From Candidatus Enterousia avicola (lineage in GTDB: Bacteria > Pseudomonadota > Alphaproteobacteria > Rs-D84), in NCBI GenBank assembly GCA_018714345.1, contig DVNO01000036.1, positions 240 to 64,239 of the forward strand: a DNA stretch of 64,000 nt, in the 5' to 3' direction. Position 1 is the first letter of the stretch; every line of letters begins with the position of its first letter. A program made the position numbers and the translations under genes. Positions 29,067-38,428 of this stretch are shown here, one piece after another. Below the pieces are notes generated by a model. It saw only the letters and a list, made by a program, of their open reading frames with translations. It did no database searches and was not told where the DNA came from.

Positions 29067-29929
29067 ACTATATAGACATATTTCTAGAAGCATTATCAGC
29101 AGAAAAAGGACGCAGCAAAAAAACACTAGAAAGCTATGCCAGTGATTTACGTCACGCAGATGAAAATATTTCTGGTGGCCTGCTTAAAGCATCCGCAACG
29201 GACCTACAAGATTACCTATCTCATTTGCCAGACCGCGCATCATCTATTGCACGAAAGGCAAGTGCCATACGTGGATTCTATAAGTTTTTAATGTTGGAAA
29301 AGATAATTTCAGAAAATCCTGCGGCTAATTTAGAGCTACCTAAACGCACGCGTACGCTGCCCAAATTTTTATCTATAGAAGAAATAGAATTACTAATATC
29401 TTCTGCTGGTGACACTCGCAACTCCACCCGTTTGCGTGCAATGCTAGAATTAGTTTATGCGTCTGGATTACGCGTATCAGAATTATGTGAATTACCAATG
29501 ACGGCAAACCTTGGAAATAAGCTGTTAATACATGGTAAAGGCGCTAAAGAGCGTATAGTTCCAATGCATGAACGCGCCCAAGCGGCACTACATAAATGGC
29601 TAGAAATCAGGGGGGACGACAAATCGAAATATGTATTTCCGTCATCTGGGAAGACGGGGCATATAACAAGAGACGGTTTTTTCAAGATTTTAAAAAAGTG
29701 CGCTGTATTATCTGGAATAGATCCAAACAGAGTAAGTCCCCACGTATTGCGCCATTCTTTTGCTTCACACTTGCTGGCAGGTGGCGCAAATTTACGTGCT
29801 ATACAAACTATGCTTGGTCACGAAGATATTTCAACGACCCAAATATACACTCATGTATTACCAGAAAAACTGAAAGAGACAGTTCAATTACATCATCCAT
29901 TAGGTAACAAAAAAGAAATAAGCAAATGA
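29063..29929 (+). CDS. xerD: Tyrosine recombinase XerD
   Basis: YASGLRVSEL, GKGAKERIVP, SPHVLRHSFASHLL, LGHEDISTTQIYTHV. Confidence 0.88.
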   Translation: MNYIDIFLEALSAEKGRSKKTLESYASDLRHADENISGGLLKASATDLQDYLSHLPDRASSIARKASAIRGFYKFLMLEKIISENPAANLELPKRTRTLPKFLSIEEIELLISSAGDTRNSTRLRAMLELVYASGLRVSELCELPMTANLGNKLLIHGKGAKERIVPMHERAQAALHKWLEIRGDDKSKYVFPSSGKTGHITRDGFFKILKKCAVLSGIDPNRVSPHVLRHSFASHLLAGGANLRAIQTMLGHEDISTTQIYTHVLPEKLKETVQLHHPLGNKKEISK

Positions 29930-30435
29930 TAAAGAAATGTGATCACCCAGGCTGCACAAAAGCAGGTACTTGCCGTGCACCTAAAACTCGTGATTTAAAA
30001 GAATATTGGTGGTTTTGCAAAGAACATGCGGCAGAATATAATAAAAACTGGAATTATTATGCTGGCATGACACCAGAAGAAATCGAAGACGACTGGGAAC
30101 GTCAGACGTTTGGTTCACCGTTAAAAGACAAAAAGCAAACTGAAAAAGACGAAGCCGATTATATAAAATTTTTGAATGACTTTATAACTGGGCGCTCTAC
30201 TTTTGATAAAGTTCCACCAAGAAAAACCTCTCTACCGACAAGTGTCACCAGCGCACTTAAAACATTTGAATTGCCAATTACAGCGTCATGGCGAGAAGTA
30301 TCAGCCCGTTATCGTGTATTGGCCAAAAAGTATCATCCTGATACATCCGCAAGCGATAAAAATATCGCAGCAGAAAATTTTACAAAATTATCTGCCGCAT
30401 ACGATATATTGAAAAAACATTTCGGGAAAAAATAA
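29926..30435 (+). CDS. J-domain protein with N-terminal Cys/His motif (alphaproteobacterial DnaJ-like)
   Basis: CDHPGC...RAPK...FCKEHAAEYNKNWNYY; C-terminal KKYHPD. Confidence 0.9.
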   Translation: MIKKCDHPGCTKAGTCRAPKTRDLKEYWWFCKEHAAEYNKNWNYYAGMTPEEIEDDWERQTFGSPLKDKKQTEKDEADYIKFLNDFITGRSTFDKVPPRKTSLPTSVTSALKTFELPITASWREVSARYRVLAKKYHPDTSASDKNIAAENFTKLSAAYDILKKHFGKK

Positions 30436-30455
30436 TGGGGCAAAGCCCCATTTTT
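30434..30455. terminator. Probable bidirectional terminator between convergent genes
   Basis: AATGGGGC-AAA-GCCCCATT followed by Ts. Confidence 0.65.
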
Positions 30456-31362
30456 ATGATCTTGAATTCAAGAACGCAATTGCGTCCATTGCGGCTGTAC
30501 ACCCTGCCCCAACAGCTGTAGCAATTTGCATTTTTAATTCTGATTGAACATCCCCAGCAACATACATACCTGCCGGTAATTCTTTTGGTATCAATCTTCC
30601 CATGTTGTCGCGGCGAACATCTTCTGATAAATAATCGGTATTCGCTTCATGACCAATTGCAACGAACAAACCATCACAAGTAATTTCCTGATCATCTGTT
30701 GTTGTAACAACTAATCTATCATCATCGGTTTTTGCAATTTTTTTCAGGTCCGTATTAAACAGGCATTCTATATTTTCACGTTCGGCCACGCGATTACGCA
30801 ACACCTCTTCGGCACGTGTAAAAGCACCCTTACGGTAAACAATCTTTACATTACGCGCCACATCTGCCAAATACAAAGCGTCATTCAATGCAGAGTTTCC
30901 ACCACCCATAACTATGACATCTTTTCCATAATAAAAGAATCCGTCACAAGTCGCACAATATGACACACCCTTGCCAAACAATTCACGTGCCCCCTCAATT
31001 TCTAACTTACGCGGAGACGCACCAGTTGCAATGATGATAACTTTTGCAACATACCTATTTCCATCATCACACAAAATGTTAAAGCCGCTTTCCACATCGC
31101 CAGAAATAGTCTTAGCAGAAACAAAAATCACCTTTGCACCGAAAGATTCCGCCTGATTCTTCATAAATTCTGACAATTCAAGACCGCTACCTTTCCACCC
31201 TGGATAATTTTCTAGAACTGCGATTCCAGCCGTCTGTCCCCCTAATCTATCACCACCAAGGACCAGAGTATCTTTCCCAGCACGCGCACAGTACAACGCC
31301 GCCGTCAAACCAGCAGGCCCAGACCCAAGAATTATGACGTCATGCATAATTACTTCATTCAT
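30454..31362 (-). CDS. trxB: Thioredoxin-disulfide reductase
   Basis: GSGPAGLTAA, ENYPG, GVSYCATCDG, GGGNSA; AGGAG RBS before ATG 31362. Confidence 0.9.
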   Translation of the reverse strand: MNEVIMHDVIILGSGPAGLTAALYCARAGKDTLVLGGDRLGGQTAGIAVLENYPGWKGSGLELSEFMKNQAESFGAKVIFVSAKTISGDVESGFNILCDDGNRYVAKVIIIATGASPRKLEIEGARELFGKGVSYCATCDGFFYYGKDVIVMGGGNSALNDALYLADVARNVKIVYRKGAFTRAEEVLRNRVAERENIECLFNTDLKKIAKTDDDRLVVTTTDDQEITCDGLFVAIGHEANTDYLSEDVRRDNMGRLIPKELPAGMYVAGDVQSELKMQIATAVGAGCTAAMDAIAFLNSRS

Positions 31363-31455
31363 TATAAAATCTCCTATCTTTTCGGGGCATAGCATACCAT
31401 AATCATATAACAGGCGCAAATAATTTTGGCTATACAGTAAAAATGGCTTTTTTAA

Positions 31456-31484
31456 TTGATTTTTTAAACAACCCGCAATAAAAT
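31456..31484 (+). promoter_or_regulatory. Sigma70-type promoter for the leader-serS transcript
   Basis: TTGATT (31456-31461), 17-nt spacer, TAAAAT (31479-31484); the leader ATG lies 9 nt downstream. Confidence 0.7.
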
Positions 31485-31493
31485 TAAATCGTT

Positions 31494-31553
31494 ATGACAA
31501 GCAATAATTATTATTTTCTTTCGTTATCATCCCCTTTTGGGGTGCGGATTTAG
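31494..31553 (+). CDS. Putative serS leader peptide MTSNNYYFLSLSSPFGVRI (19 aa, four Ser)
   Basis: ATG at 31494, TAG at 31551. Ser codons AGC, TCG, TCA, TCC. Same length and architecture as the thrS leader; 91 nt upstream of serS. Confidence 0.72.
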   Translation: MTSNNYYFLSLSSPFGVRI

Positions 31554-31644
31554 TGTATATATAATAAAGAAGTATAAAATATAATCGCGTATACAATACG
31601 CAATCGTTATAATCAGCATAACTTAAAAAAATTAAGAGGATATT

Positions 31645-32925
31645 ATGTTAGATATAAGATTTATTCGTGAAAATCCTGAAATTGTAAAGAACGCATGTCT
31701 GGTCAAAGGCTTTGAAGACCACGTTGATGAAATTTTGGTTTTAGATGAACGTGTTCGTGAATTAAAAACCTTGACCCAGAATATGACGGCAGAAAAAAAT
31801 AAGATAACAAAAGAAATACCTAGTGCAACGGACAAGGCACCTTTGATAGCCAAATCTAAACAAATCAGCGAAGAAATTGCAGCAGATATGGCAGAGCTTG
31901 CTGAAAAAGAAGCGCTATTAAAAGATCTTTTACACCGCGTTCCACAAATACCATCTCCGGATGCACCAATTGGCCCAGACGACAGCGCAAATGTAGAGGT
32001 TCGTCGTATTGGCACACCACGAGAATTTGATTTTACCCCGCGTGCCCAATGGGATTTATTGGACATGAACGGTTGGTGGATGCCAGAAAAAATAGCGCAG
32101 ATTTGTGGTACTCGCACATACTGCTTAGTTGGAGAAGCGGCAGAATTACAACTAGCCATTGAAACGTATGTAATCCAAAAACTTATTTCGAAAGGTTTTA
32201 CTTTCATAGAATGCCCATCGATTACAAAACCACAAACAATATTTGATGCTGGCCATTTCATGGGCGCAGATTTATCAGTAATGAATAATGATGTGTTTAT
32301 GTTAGCAGATACAGATAGATGTCTTGCTGGGACAGCAGAAATTATCTTAAATTCTTTACATAGTGGCGAGATATTACCAGAAAATGCCCTGCCAATTAAA
32401 TATGCGGGCTTTTCACCATGCTTCCGTAAAGAAGCTGGTGCTGCGGGTCGTGACACACGTGGTCTGGCACGCTTTCACCAGTTTAACAAGGTTGAACAAT
32501 ATATATACTGCAAACCGGAACAGTCTGATGAAATGCACGAACACATTCTAAATAACTTATGCGAGGTTATGGAAGACTTCGAATTACCGTATAGAGTGAT
32601 AGCTAACTCTACCGGTGATATGGGTTTCAACAAAGTAAAGATGAATGATGTTGAAGCGTGGGTGCCAAGTGAAAATGCCTACAAAGAATTAGGCAGTTGC
32701 TCTTCTATTGGCACATTTCAGGCCCGCAGAACAAATACAAGATACCGCGAAAACGGTACGAACGAAGTTAAATTCTGTGCGACATTGAATAATACCGGCA
32801 TTGCCGTACCAAGGGCATTGGTACCAATTTTAGAGAACCACCAAAATGCAGACGGCAGTGTAAATATACCAAAGAAACTGCAACCACTGATGGGCGGCAG
32901 GACAAAAATTGGTGGAAAGCACTAA
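31645..32925 (+). CDS. serS: Serine--tRNA ligase
   Basis: MLDIRFIRENP, LAGTAE, PCFRKEAGAAGRDTRGLARFHQFNKVE, ELGSCS, TLNNTGIAVPR. Confidence 0.97.
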   Translation: MLDIRFIRENPEIVKNACLVKGFEDHVDEILVLDERVRELKTLTQNMTAEKNKITKEIPSATDKAPLIAKSKQISEEIAADMAELAEKEALLKDLLHRVPQIPSPDAPIGPDDSANVEVRRIGTPREFDFTPRAQWDLLDMNGWWMPEKIAQICGTRTYCLVGEAAELQLAIETYVIQKLISKGFTFIECPSITKPQTIFDAGHFMGADLSVMNNDVFMLADTDRCLAGTAEIILNSLHSGEILPENALPIKYAGFSPCFRKEAGAAGRDTRGLARFHQFNKVEQYIYCKPEQSDEMHEHILNNLCEVMEDFELPYRVIANSTGDMGFNKVKMNDVEAWVPSENAYKELGSCSSIGTFQARRTNTRYRENGTNEVKFCATLNNTGIAVPRALVPILENHQNADGSVNIPKKLQPLMGGRTKIGGKH

Positions 32926-32927
32926 AG

Positions 32928-32956
32928 AAAAATTCCCACAAATGTGGGAATTTTTA
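32928..32956. terminator. Bidirectional intrinsic terminator
   Basis: AAAAATTCCCACA-AA-TGTGGGAATTTTT. Confidence 0.8.
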
Positions 32957-33487
32957 GTACTGCAATTGCAAACAAAGCTTTTTTAATGGCCGTAACATTA
33001 TATTTGTATTAACGATATCTACTCGTTTTTGAATTTCTTGCGCTGTCTTTAACAAATTATTTAAGCTTTTCCGCTCTTGAATCGCCCCAACATAATCTTT
33101 TCTTGTACGAGCATATTCCCAATCACGGATTTCACAACAAAACTGGTAAAACAAGGACTTTTCATCAGACCAAACGGCAGGACCAGCAGATTTATAAACG
33201 ATAGCAACTGGATCTTTAGCAATATAAAAAGCATCATTTAAACTAATATTACGCTCATACGCAAGTTTTGTCGCCCTTTTAACCCACGCATCTTGTGTGT
33301 CCTTTCTTGAAAAATAAATCTCTGGATAACGAGAAAGCCTATCCATGAAAGCCAACGCACGCCCAGCTTCCCAACGTTCTGCCTTTGACATTCTGGACCA
33401 TTGTTTCTTTAAGCTATATCTTGCCAATATCTTTGAATTAGCAAGTCCAGCTTTTATAATATTATAGACATCTTCTGTTCTTCTCAT
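32954..33487 (-). CDS. Hypothetical protein (basic, helical)
   Basis: ORF with GAGG RBS before ATG 33487; no recognised motif. Confidence 0.65.
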   Translation of the reverse strand: MRRTEDVYNIIKAGLANSKILARYSLKKQWSRMSKAERWEAGRALAFMDRLSRYPEIYFSRKDTQDAWVKRATKLAYERNISLNDAFYIAKDPVAIVYKSAGPAVWSDEKSLFYQFCCEIRDWEYARTRKDYVGAIQERKSLNNLLKTAQEIQKRVDIVNTNIMLRPLKKLCLQLQY

Positions 33488-33636
33488 TTTTTCCTCTATA
33501 CTTACTTCACCCAATACAATATAGTACAAAAATCAAAAACGTCAATATTTATTTAGATATTTGTTGAAAAATCAAATTTATAGTATAATCTATTGTTTAC
33601 AAAAAATTAGCAGAATTTATAGAGGATATTGAAAGT

Positions 33637-35475
33637 ATGGCTATGAAGATTCGTAATATTGCGATTATTGCGCACGTTGACCATGGGAAAACAACTTTGG
33701 TTGACAACATGTTAAAACAGGCGGGCACATTTCGTGCAAATGAAAAGGTTGCAGAACGCGTAATGGATAGTGGTGATATTGAACGTGAACGCGGTATAAC
33801 AATTTCTGCAAAACCGACTTCAATTCAATGGCATGACTATAAAATCAATATAGTTGACACCCCTGGACACGCCGATTTTGGTGGTGAAGTAGAACGTATT
33901 TTATCTATGGTTGATGGCGTGGTACTGTTGGTTGATGCCGCTGAGGGCCCATTGCCACAAACAAAGTTCGTTTTATCAAAAGCTTTAAAACTTGGCTTGC
34001 GTCCTATTGTTTGTATTAACAAAGTAGACCGCAGCGATGCGCGCCCAGAAGAGGTTTTAACAGAAACATTTGATTTGTTTGATAAGCTTGGTGCAACCGA
34101 TTCGCAATTAGACTTCCCTTATCTATTTGCAGTCGGTCGTGATGGTTGGGCTGTTCGTGACTTAAACGATGAGCACAAGGACCTGACACCTTTGTTCCAA
34201 CTAATCATAGACCATGTACCTGCCCCAGATTGTAATGGGACACGTTGCCAAATAGACGCGCCATTTTCTATGTTGGCTACAACACTGGAGGCCGATCCAT
34301 ACGTTGGCAGAATTTTAACTGGTAAAATAGAATCTGGAACAGTTCGCGTTGGTCAAGCAGTTAAAGCAATCAATATGCAAGGAGAATTCGTAGAAAATGC
34401 GAAAATAACAAAAATTATAGAACATCGTGGAATTGAAAAAGTCTCGTTGGATTCAGCATCAGCAGGTGACATTGTTGTCGTTGCAGGTTTTTCAAAGGCA
34501 ACTGTATCTGATACACTATGTGCACCAGAGGTAACAGAACCAATTCCTGCGATGCCGATTGATCCACCTACCCTGACAATGACATTCTTTGTAAACACTT
34601 CTCCACTGGCTGGAAAGTCTGGTAAAAAGTTAACATCGCGAATGATAGGCGAACGTTTATTCAAAGAAGCTGAGACCAATATTGCATTGCGCGTTACACA
34701 AAGTGCGAACAACGAATCGTTTGAAGTATCAGGGCGCGGAGAGTTACAACTTGGTATTTTAATTGAAACAATGCGTCGTGAGGGCTTTGAACTAAGCGTA
34801 TCTCGTCCACGTGTTGTTATGAAAGATGGTCCAAACGGTGAAAAGTTAGAACCTATTGAAGAAGTGGTTATAGATGTTGACGATGAATTTAGCGGTGTTG
34901 TCATTGAGAAAATGACAAAGCGCAAAGCGACAATAACAGAAATGAAGTCTTCTGGTAATGGCAAAACACGTATAGTATTTTCTGCCCCGTCACGTGGTCT
35001 GATTGGATACCTATCCGAATTTCGCACAGACACACGCGGGACAGGTGTTATGAACCGAGTATTTTCTGGATACGAACCATATCGTGGTCCAATCATGCAG
35101 TATAGACCTGGTGTGTTAGTATCTATGGAAAACGGCGTGACATCTACATACGCACTACATAACTTGGAACCACGTGGTGTGCTTTTTGTTGGTCCACAAA
35201 CAGAAGTTTATTCTGGTATGATTATTGGTGAACACAGCAAAGAAAATGATTTGGAAGTTAACCCTGTAAAAGGGAAAGAACTGACAAATGTGCGTTCTGT
35301 AACAGCTGATGAAAAATTGTTCTTGGCGCCACCACGTAAAATTTCATTGGAAGAGGCATTATCTTATATCCAAGACGATGAATTGGTAGAAGTTACACCC
35401 GCAACGATTCGTTTACGCAAGAAAGAGTTGGATAGCAACATCAGAAAAAAGACACGTAAGAACGTTGAAATGTAA
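33637..35475 (+). CDS. typA: Translational GTPase TypA/BipA
   Basis: AHVDHGKTTLVD, DTPGHADFGGEVER, GRGELQLGILIETMRREG, LVEVTP. Confidence 0.97.
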   Translation: MAMKIRNIAIIAHVDHGKTTLVDNMLKQAGTFRANEKVAERVMDSGDIERERGITISAKPTSIQWHDYKINIVDTPGHADFGGEVERILSMVDGVVLLVDAAEGPLPQTKFVLSKALKLGLRPIVCINKVDRSDARPEEVLTETFDLFDKLGATDSQLDFPYLFAVGRDGWAVRDLNDEHKDLTPLFQLIIDHVPAPDCNGTRCQIDAPFSMLATTLEADPYVGRILTGKIESGTVRVGQAVKAINMQGEFVENAKITKIIEHRGIEKVSLDSASAGDIVVVAGFSKATVSDTLCAPEVTEPIPAMPIDPPTLTMTFFVNTSPLAGKSGKKLTSRMIGERLFKEAETNIALRVTQSANNESFEVSGRGELQLGILIETMRREGFELSVSRPRVVMKDGPNGEKLEPIEEVVIDVDDEFSGVVIEKMTKRKATITEMKSSGNGKTRIVFSAPSRGLIGYLSEFRTDTRGTGVMNRVFSGYEPYRGPIMQYRPGVLVSMENGVTSTYALHNLEPRGVLFVGPQTEVYSGMIIGEHSKENDLEVNPVKGKELTNVRSVTADEKLFLAPPRKISLEEALSYIQDDELVEVTPATIRLRKKELDSNIRKKTRKNVEM

Positions 35476-35476
35476 T

Positions 35477-36670
35477 CTAACTCAATCCCAGCAGTCGCTT
35501 CATATATTTACGGAAGCGACTGCGGTTTTCTCGTCCAGGGACAAAGCATGCTAGTAGTTTTACTAGCAAATTTTTTATTTTATAAATGACCGGCACCCCT
35601 CGCCTACTTTTAAAATCTTGCATAGCAATTGTATACTGTTGCCAAACTTTATCGCTTGGAATATTTAATTCCGGATTATAGATAAAATTATTATCCTCGA
35701 AAAAAGCACGCATATATTTTGTAAGACCTATAATTTGAGGCATTTCCGTACTATGCTGCGAACGAACTTTTTCCACAGACCCAGATATATAAAAAGATTC
35801 CATTTTCTTCGCAGAATTTATAAGATTTTGAACATCAAAATTATCTTTATTTTCTCTATTGCGCTTAATTTGTATAACGGTTCCGCCTTTTGGCATAAAT
35901 AAAGACAAATGCAAAGCAGTTCCTGCGCAACCTGCCAAAACACGACAGTTTTTCATAAAAGATATCTGCTCGCCCAATGGTAATGTTTCTGGATAAATTA
36001 TGTGAAAGCCATTTAATTCAAAAATTTTTTGAATAGCTTCTTCACCGAAGGTTTTACCGCAAGCTAATTTAGCTCTTGATACATAGATTTTATCATAATC
36101 TTTACCCGTTGCCCTTTTTGCCATTGTTTCAAAAGGCTTCGTAAACTCATCAGCATAAAATATTGGTATATCAAAAGCTTGATGCGGAATATGAACTGAT
36201 TTAAACCGAGTATTTTCATTCAATATTATTATGTTTTCTTTTTTTACCCCTAATAAATCCAACAAACTATAAATATATTCTGGGACATCTTTCAGGTCAT
36301 AATTGTTTATTAGAACTATTGGCATATCTTGATATCTTTTATTTTCTAACACCCATGCTCGATTCATATGTTCTAATAAAAAATGTCCAAAATGGGGATA
36401 CACATTACCGAAATAGACAACCTCTTTATCAACATAAGGGACGTTCTTAGTCGGCTTGTTTGGTATAAACTGACTGCGTTTACCACGCAGTTGGCGAGAA
36501 GACTCGACAAACTCTCCATCTGATGTAAAAACCCCGAAACCAGAATCGTGCTCGTTTACTATTGTGCCCAAAGGAACCGTATCGATGCCAACCTCTATCT
36601 TCCTTTGATGTTTTTGCACTTTTTTACAGAAAAGTTTATATGATAACGTTGTATAGAACTTAATTGCCAT
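35477..36670 (-). CDS. Glycosyltransferase family 61 (DUF563)-like protein
   Basis: HFGHFLLE, KIYVSR, PETLPLGEQI, LAGCAGTALH. Confidence 0.85.
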   Translation of the reverse strand: MAIKFYTTLSYKLFCKKVQKHQRKIEVGIDTVPLGTIVNEHDSGFGVFTSDGEFVESSRQLRGKRSQFIPNKPTKNVPYVDKEVVYFGNVYPHFGHFLLEHMNRAWVLENKRYQDMPIVLINNYDLKDVPEYIYSLLDLLGVKKENIIILNENTRFKSVHIPHQAFDIPIFYADEFTKPFETMAKRATGKDYDKIYVSRAKLACGKTFGEEAIQKIFELNGFHIIYPETLPLGEQISFMKNCRVLAGCAGTALHLSLFMPKGGTVIQIKRNRENKDNFDVQNLINSAKKMESFYISGSVEKVRSQHSTEMPQIIGLTKYMRAFFEDNNFIYNPELNIPSDKVWQQYTIAMQDFKSRRGVPVIYKIKNLLVKLLACFVPGRENRSRFRKYMKRLLGLS

Positions 36671-36681
36671 TTTATAAACCC

Positions 36682-36710
36682 TTGAAATAAATCTTAACCA
36701 AAAATATAAT
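36682..36710 (+). promoter_or_regulatory. Sigma70-type promoter, probably leaderless transcript
   Basis: TTGAAA, 17-nt spacer, TATAAT; ATG 6 nt downstream. Confidence 0.6.
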
Positions 36711-36716
36711 GTTAGT

Positions 36717-37580
36717 ATGAAAGATAATCAAAAAAATATCAACAGGCTATTCCTAGTTGCTGGATATAATGCACAAAATAAAGTTGATGCATCGTTAGTC
36801 TACATGCTGAAAAAATTATCACAATTTGGTGACATAATATTTGTGATGGATAGCGATATGCCAGAAAAAGAATTAAAAAAACTGTCATCCTATGTTTTGT
36901 ACGCCAATGCCACAAGGCATAAAGAATACGATTTTGGTTCTTATAAACGTGCATATATTTATGCAAAAAAAACAAACATTTTAAAAAAATATGATTTTTT
37001 ATATCTTGTAAATGATTCCGTTTATGGACCTGTATACCCAATAAACAAGACATTTGAGACAATAGAAAGTTATAATACGGACGCATTTGGTTTGGTCTGT
37101 AACCCACACAAGGGAAGTTCTCATATACAATCATGGTTTATAGGTCTGCGACCATCGGTTTTCATGACAAAATGGTTTGATGATTTTATGCTATCAATTA
37201 CTCATCAACCAGACAAAGGAAGCGTAACTTATCTTTATGAACAGGGTTTTACACGACTCTTAGAAAAACAACACAAAACATGGCAATGTGAGTATTCTGT
37301 TTCTGGTCGTGGAATTTATAATAAAATAAAGAAACTATATCTAGCTGGGATGCCTTTTATTAAAAAGAATGCCTTTTCTAGACATAATGGCGCATTGGGA
37401 ATGCAGATAGCCTATGTATTACGGCACATAGATTCTGAGGCCAAAGATATGATTTTATCTAGTGCAAAACAGACCTTTGGATCAGAATATATAAACTGGC
37501 TTTTAACCAGGAATCCAATTAAAATAGCTTTTAGAAACACGAAATATTTTATTAAAAAGATATTTACCGAGGGCCTATGA
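36717..37580 (+). CDS. Rhamnan synthesis protein F (RgpF)-like glycosyltransferase
   Basis: EYDFGSYKR, LVNDSVYGP, HIQSWF, YEQGFT, PFIKK. Confidence 0.85.
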   Translation: MKDNQKNINRLFLVAGYNAQNKVDASLVYMLKKLSQFGDIIFVMDSDMPEKELKKLSSYVLYANATRHKEYDFGSYKRAYIYAKKTNILKKYDFLYLVNDSVYGPVYPINKTFETIESYNTDAFGLVCNPHKGSSHIQSWFIGLRPSVFMTKWFDDFMLSITHQPDKGSVTYLYEQGFTRLLEKQHKTWQCEYSVSGRGIYNKIKKLYLAGMPFIKKNAFSRHNGALGMQIAYVLRHIDSEAKDMILSSAKQTFGSEYINWLLTRNPIKIAFRNTKYFIKKIFTEGL

Positions 37581-38428
37581 AAACCACAAAAAAAAATAAC
37601 CTAAAAAAAATTGCAGCAATAACTATGGCTCGCAATGATGAATTCTTTCTGGAAAGATGGATAAAGTATTACGGTGACGCGCTTGGCAAGGATAATCTTT
37701 ATATATATCTAGATGGCGAAGACCAACCTATCCCAAAGAATGCTGGTTCGGCCCACGTAACGAAGTTTCCCCATACAGATATGTCTCGTGCAGCGGGTGA
37801 TAAATATAGAATAAATAAACTATCCGCACTGGCAAAAAAATTATTACAAACTTACGATATCGTCATTGGTTGCGATTGCGACGAGTTTTTGATTGTAGAC
37901 CCTTTAACGAAAAAATCATTGGCAGAATATTTATCCGAAATAAATATCAAAACAACAGTTTCTGGGCTGGGGTTAGATGTCGGTCAAAATATAAACAAAG
38001 AAAAAATTCTTGATAAAAAGCACCAATTATTAATGCAACGGGAATACGCCCTATTGTCTACCAGATACACAAAACCTGTTGTAATAAACAAACCAGTAAA
38101 TTGGGGCAGCGGTTTTCACAGTATACATAAACATAATTTTCACATAGATAAAAATTTATACCTTCTACACTTTGGTGCAGTTGATATGGAAATGCTGATA
38201 GAGAAAGCATCTGCACGTGGCGCGGATTGGGTAAATCACCTGCGCAGACGTGGCAACGGAACAATAAATGCAGTCAGCACACTACCAGCACACACAGAAA
38301 AATGGTTAAAAATCGCCAGAATCATACAAACATATGCCAGACCACTATACGCATTAGATAAACCAGGGATGTTTGGATTAAAACGTGTTGTAAAAATACC
38401 ACGCCGCTTTAAAAAATCAGGTGTATGA
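37577..38428 (+). CDS. GT-A fold (family 2-like) glycosyltransferase
   Basis: ITMARNDEFFLERWIKYY, CDCDEFL, LLHF. Confidence 0.85.
   Translation: MKTTKKNNLKKIAAITMARNDEFFLERWIKYYGDALGKDNLYIYLDGEDQPIPKNAGSAHVTKFPHTDMSRAAGDKYRINKLSALAKKLLQTYDIVIGCDCDEFLIVDPLTKKSLAEYLSEINIKTTVSGLGLDVGQNINKEKILDKKHQLLMQREYALLSTRYTKPVVINKPVNWGSGFHSIHKHNFHIDKNLYLLHFGAVDMEMLIEKASARGADWVNHLRRRGNGTINAVSTLPAHTEKWLKIARIIQTYARPLYALDKPGMFGLKRVVKIPRRFKKSGV

Noticed and set aside
29063-29929. Tyrosine recombinase as a prophage or island integrase
   Set aside because: Size and motifs match chromosomal XerD; it is embedded among core genes with no att sites or cargo.
31632-35096. Long antisense ORFs (31632..32456 and 34353..35096) and similar ones elsewhere
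   Set aside because: They are antisense shadows of serS, typA and other conserved genes, with no RBS or motifs.
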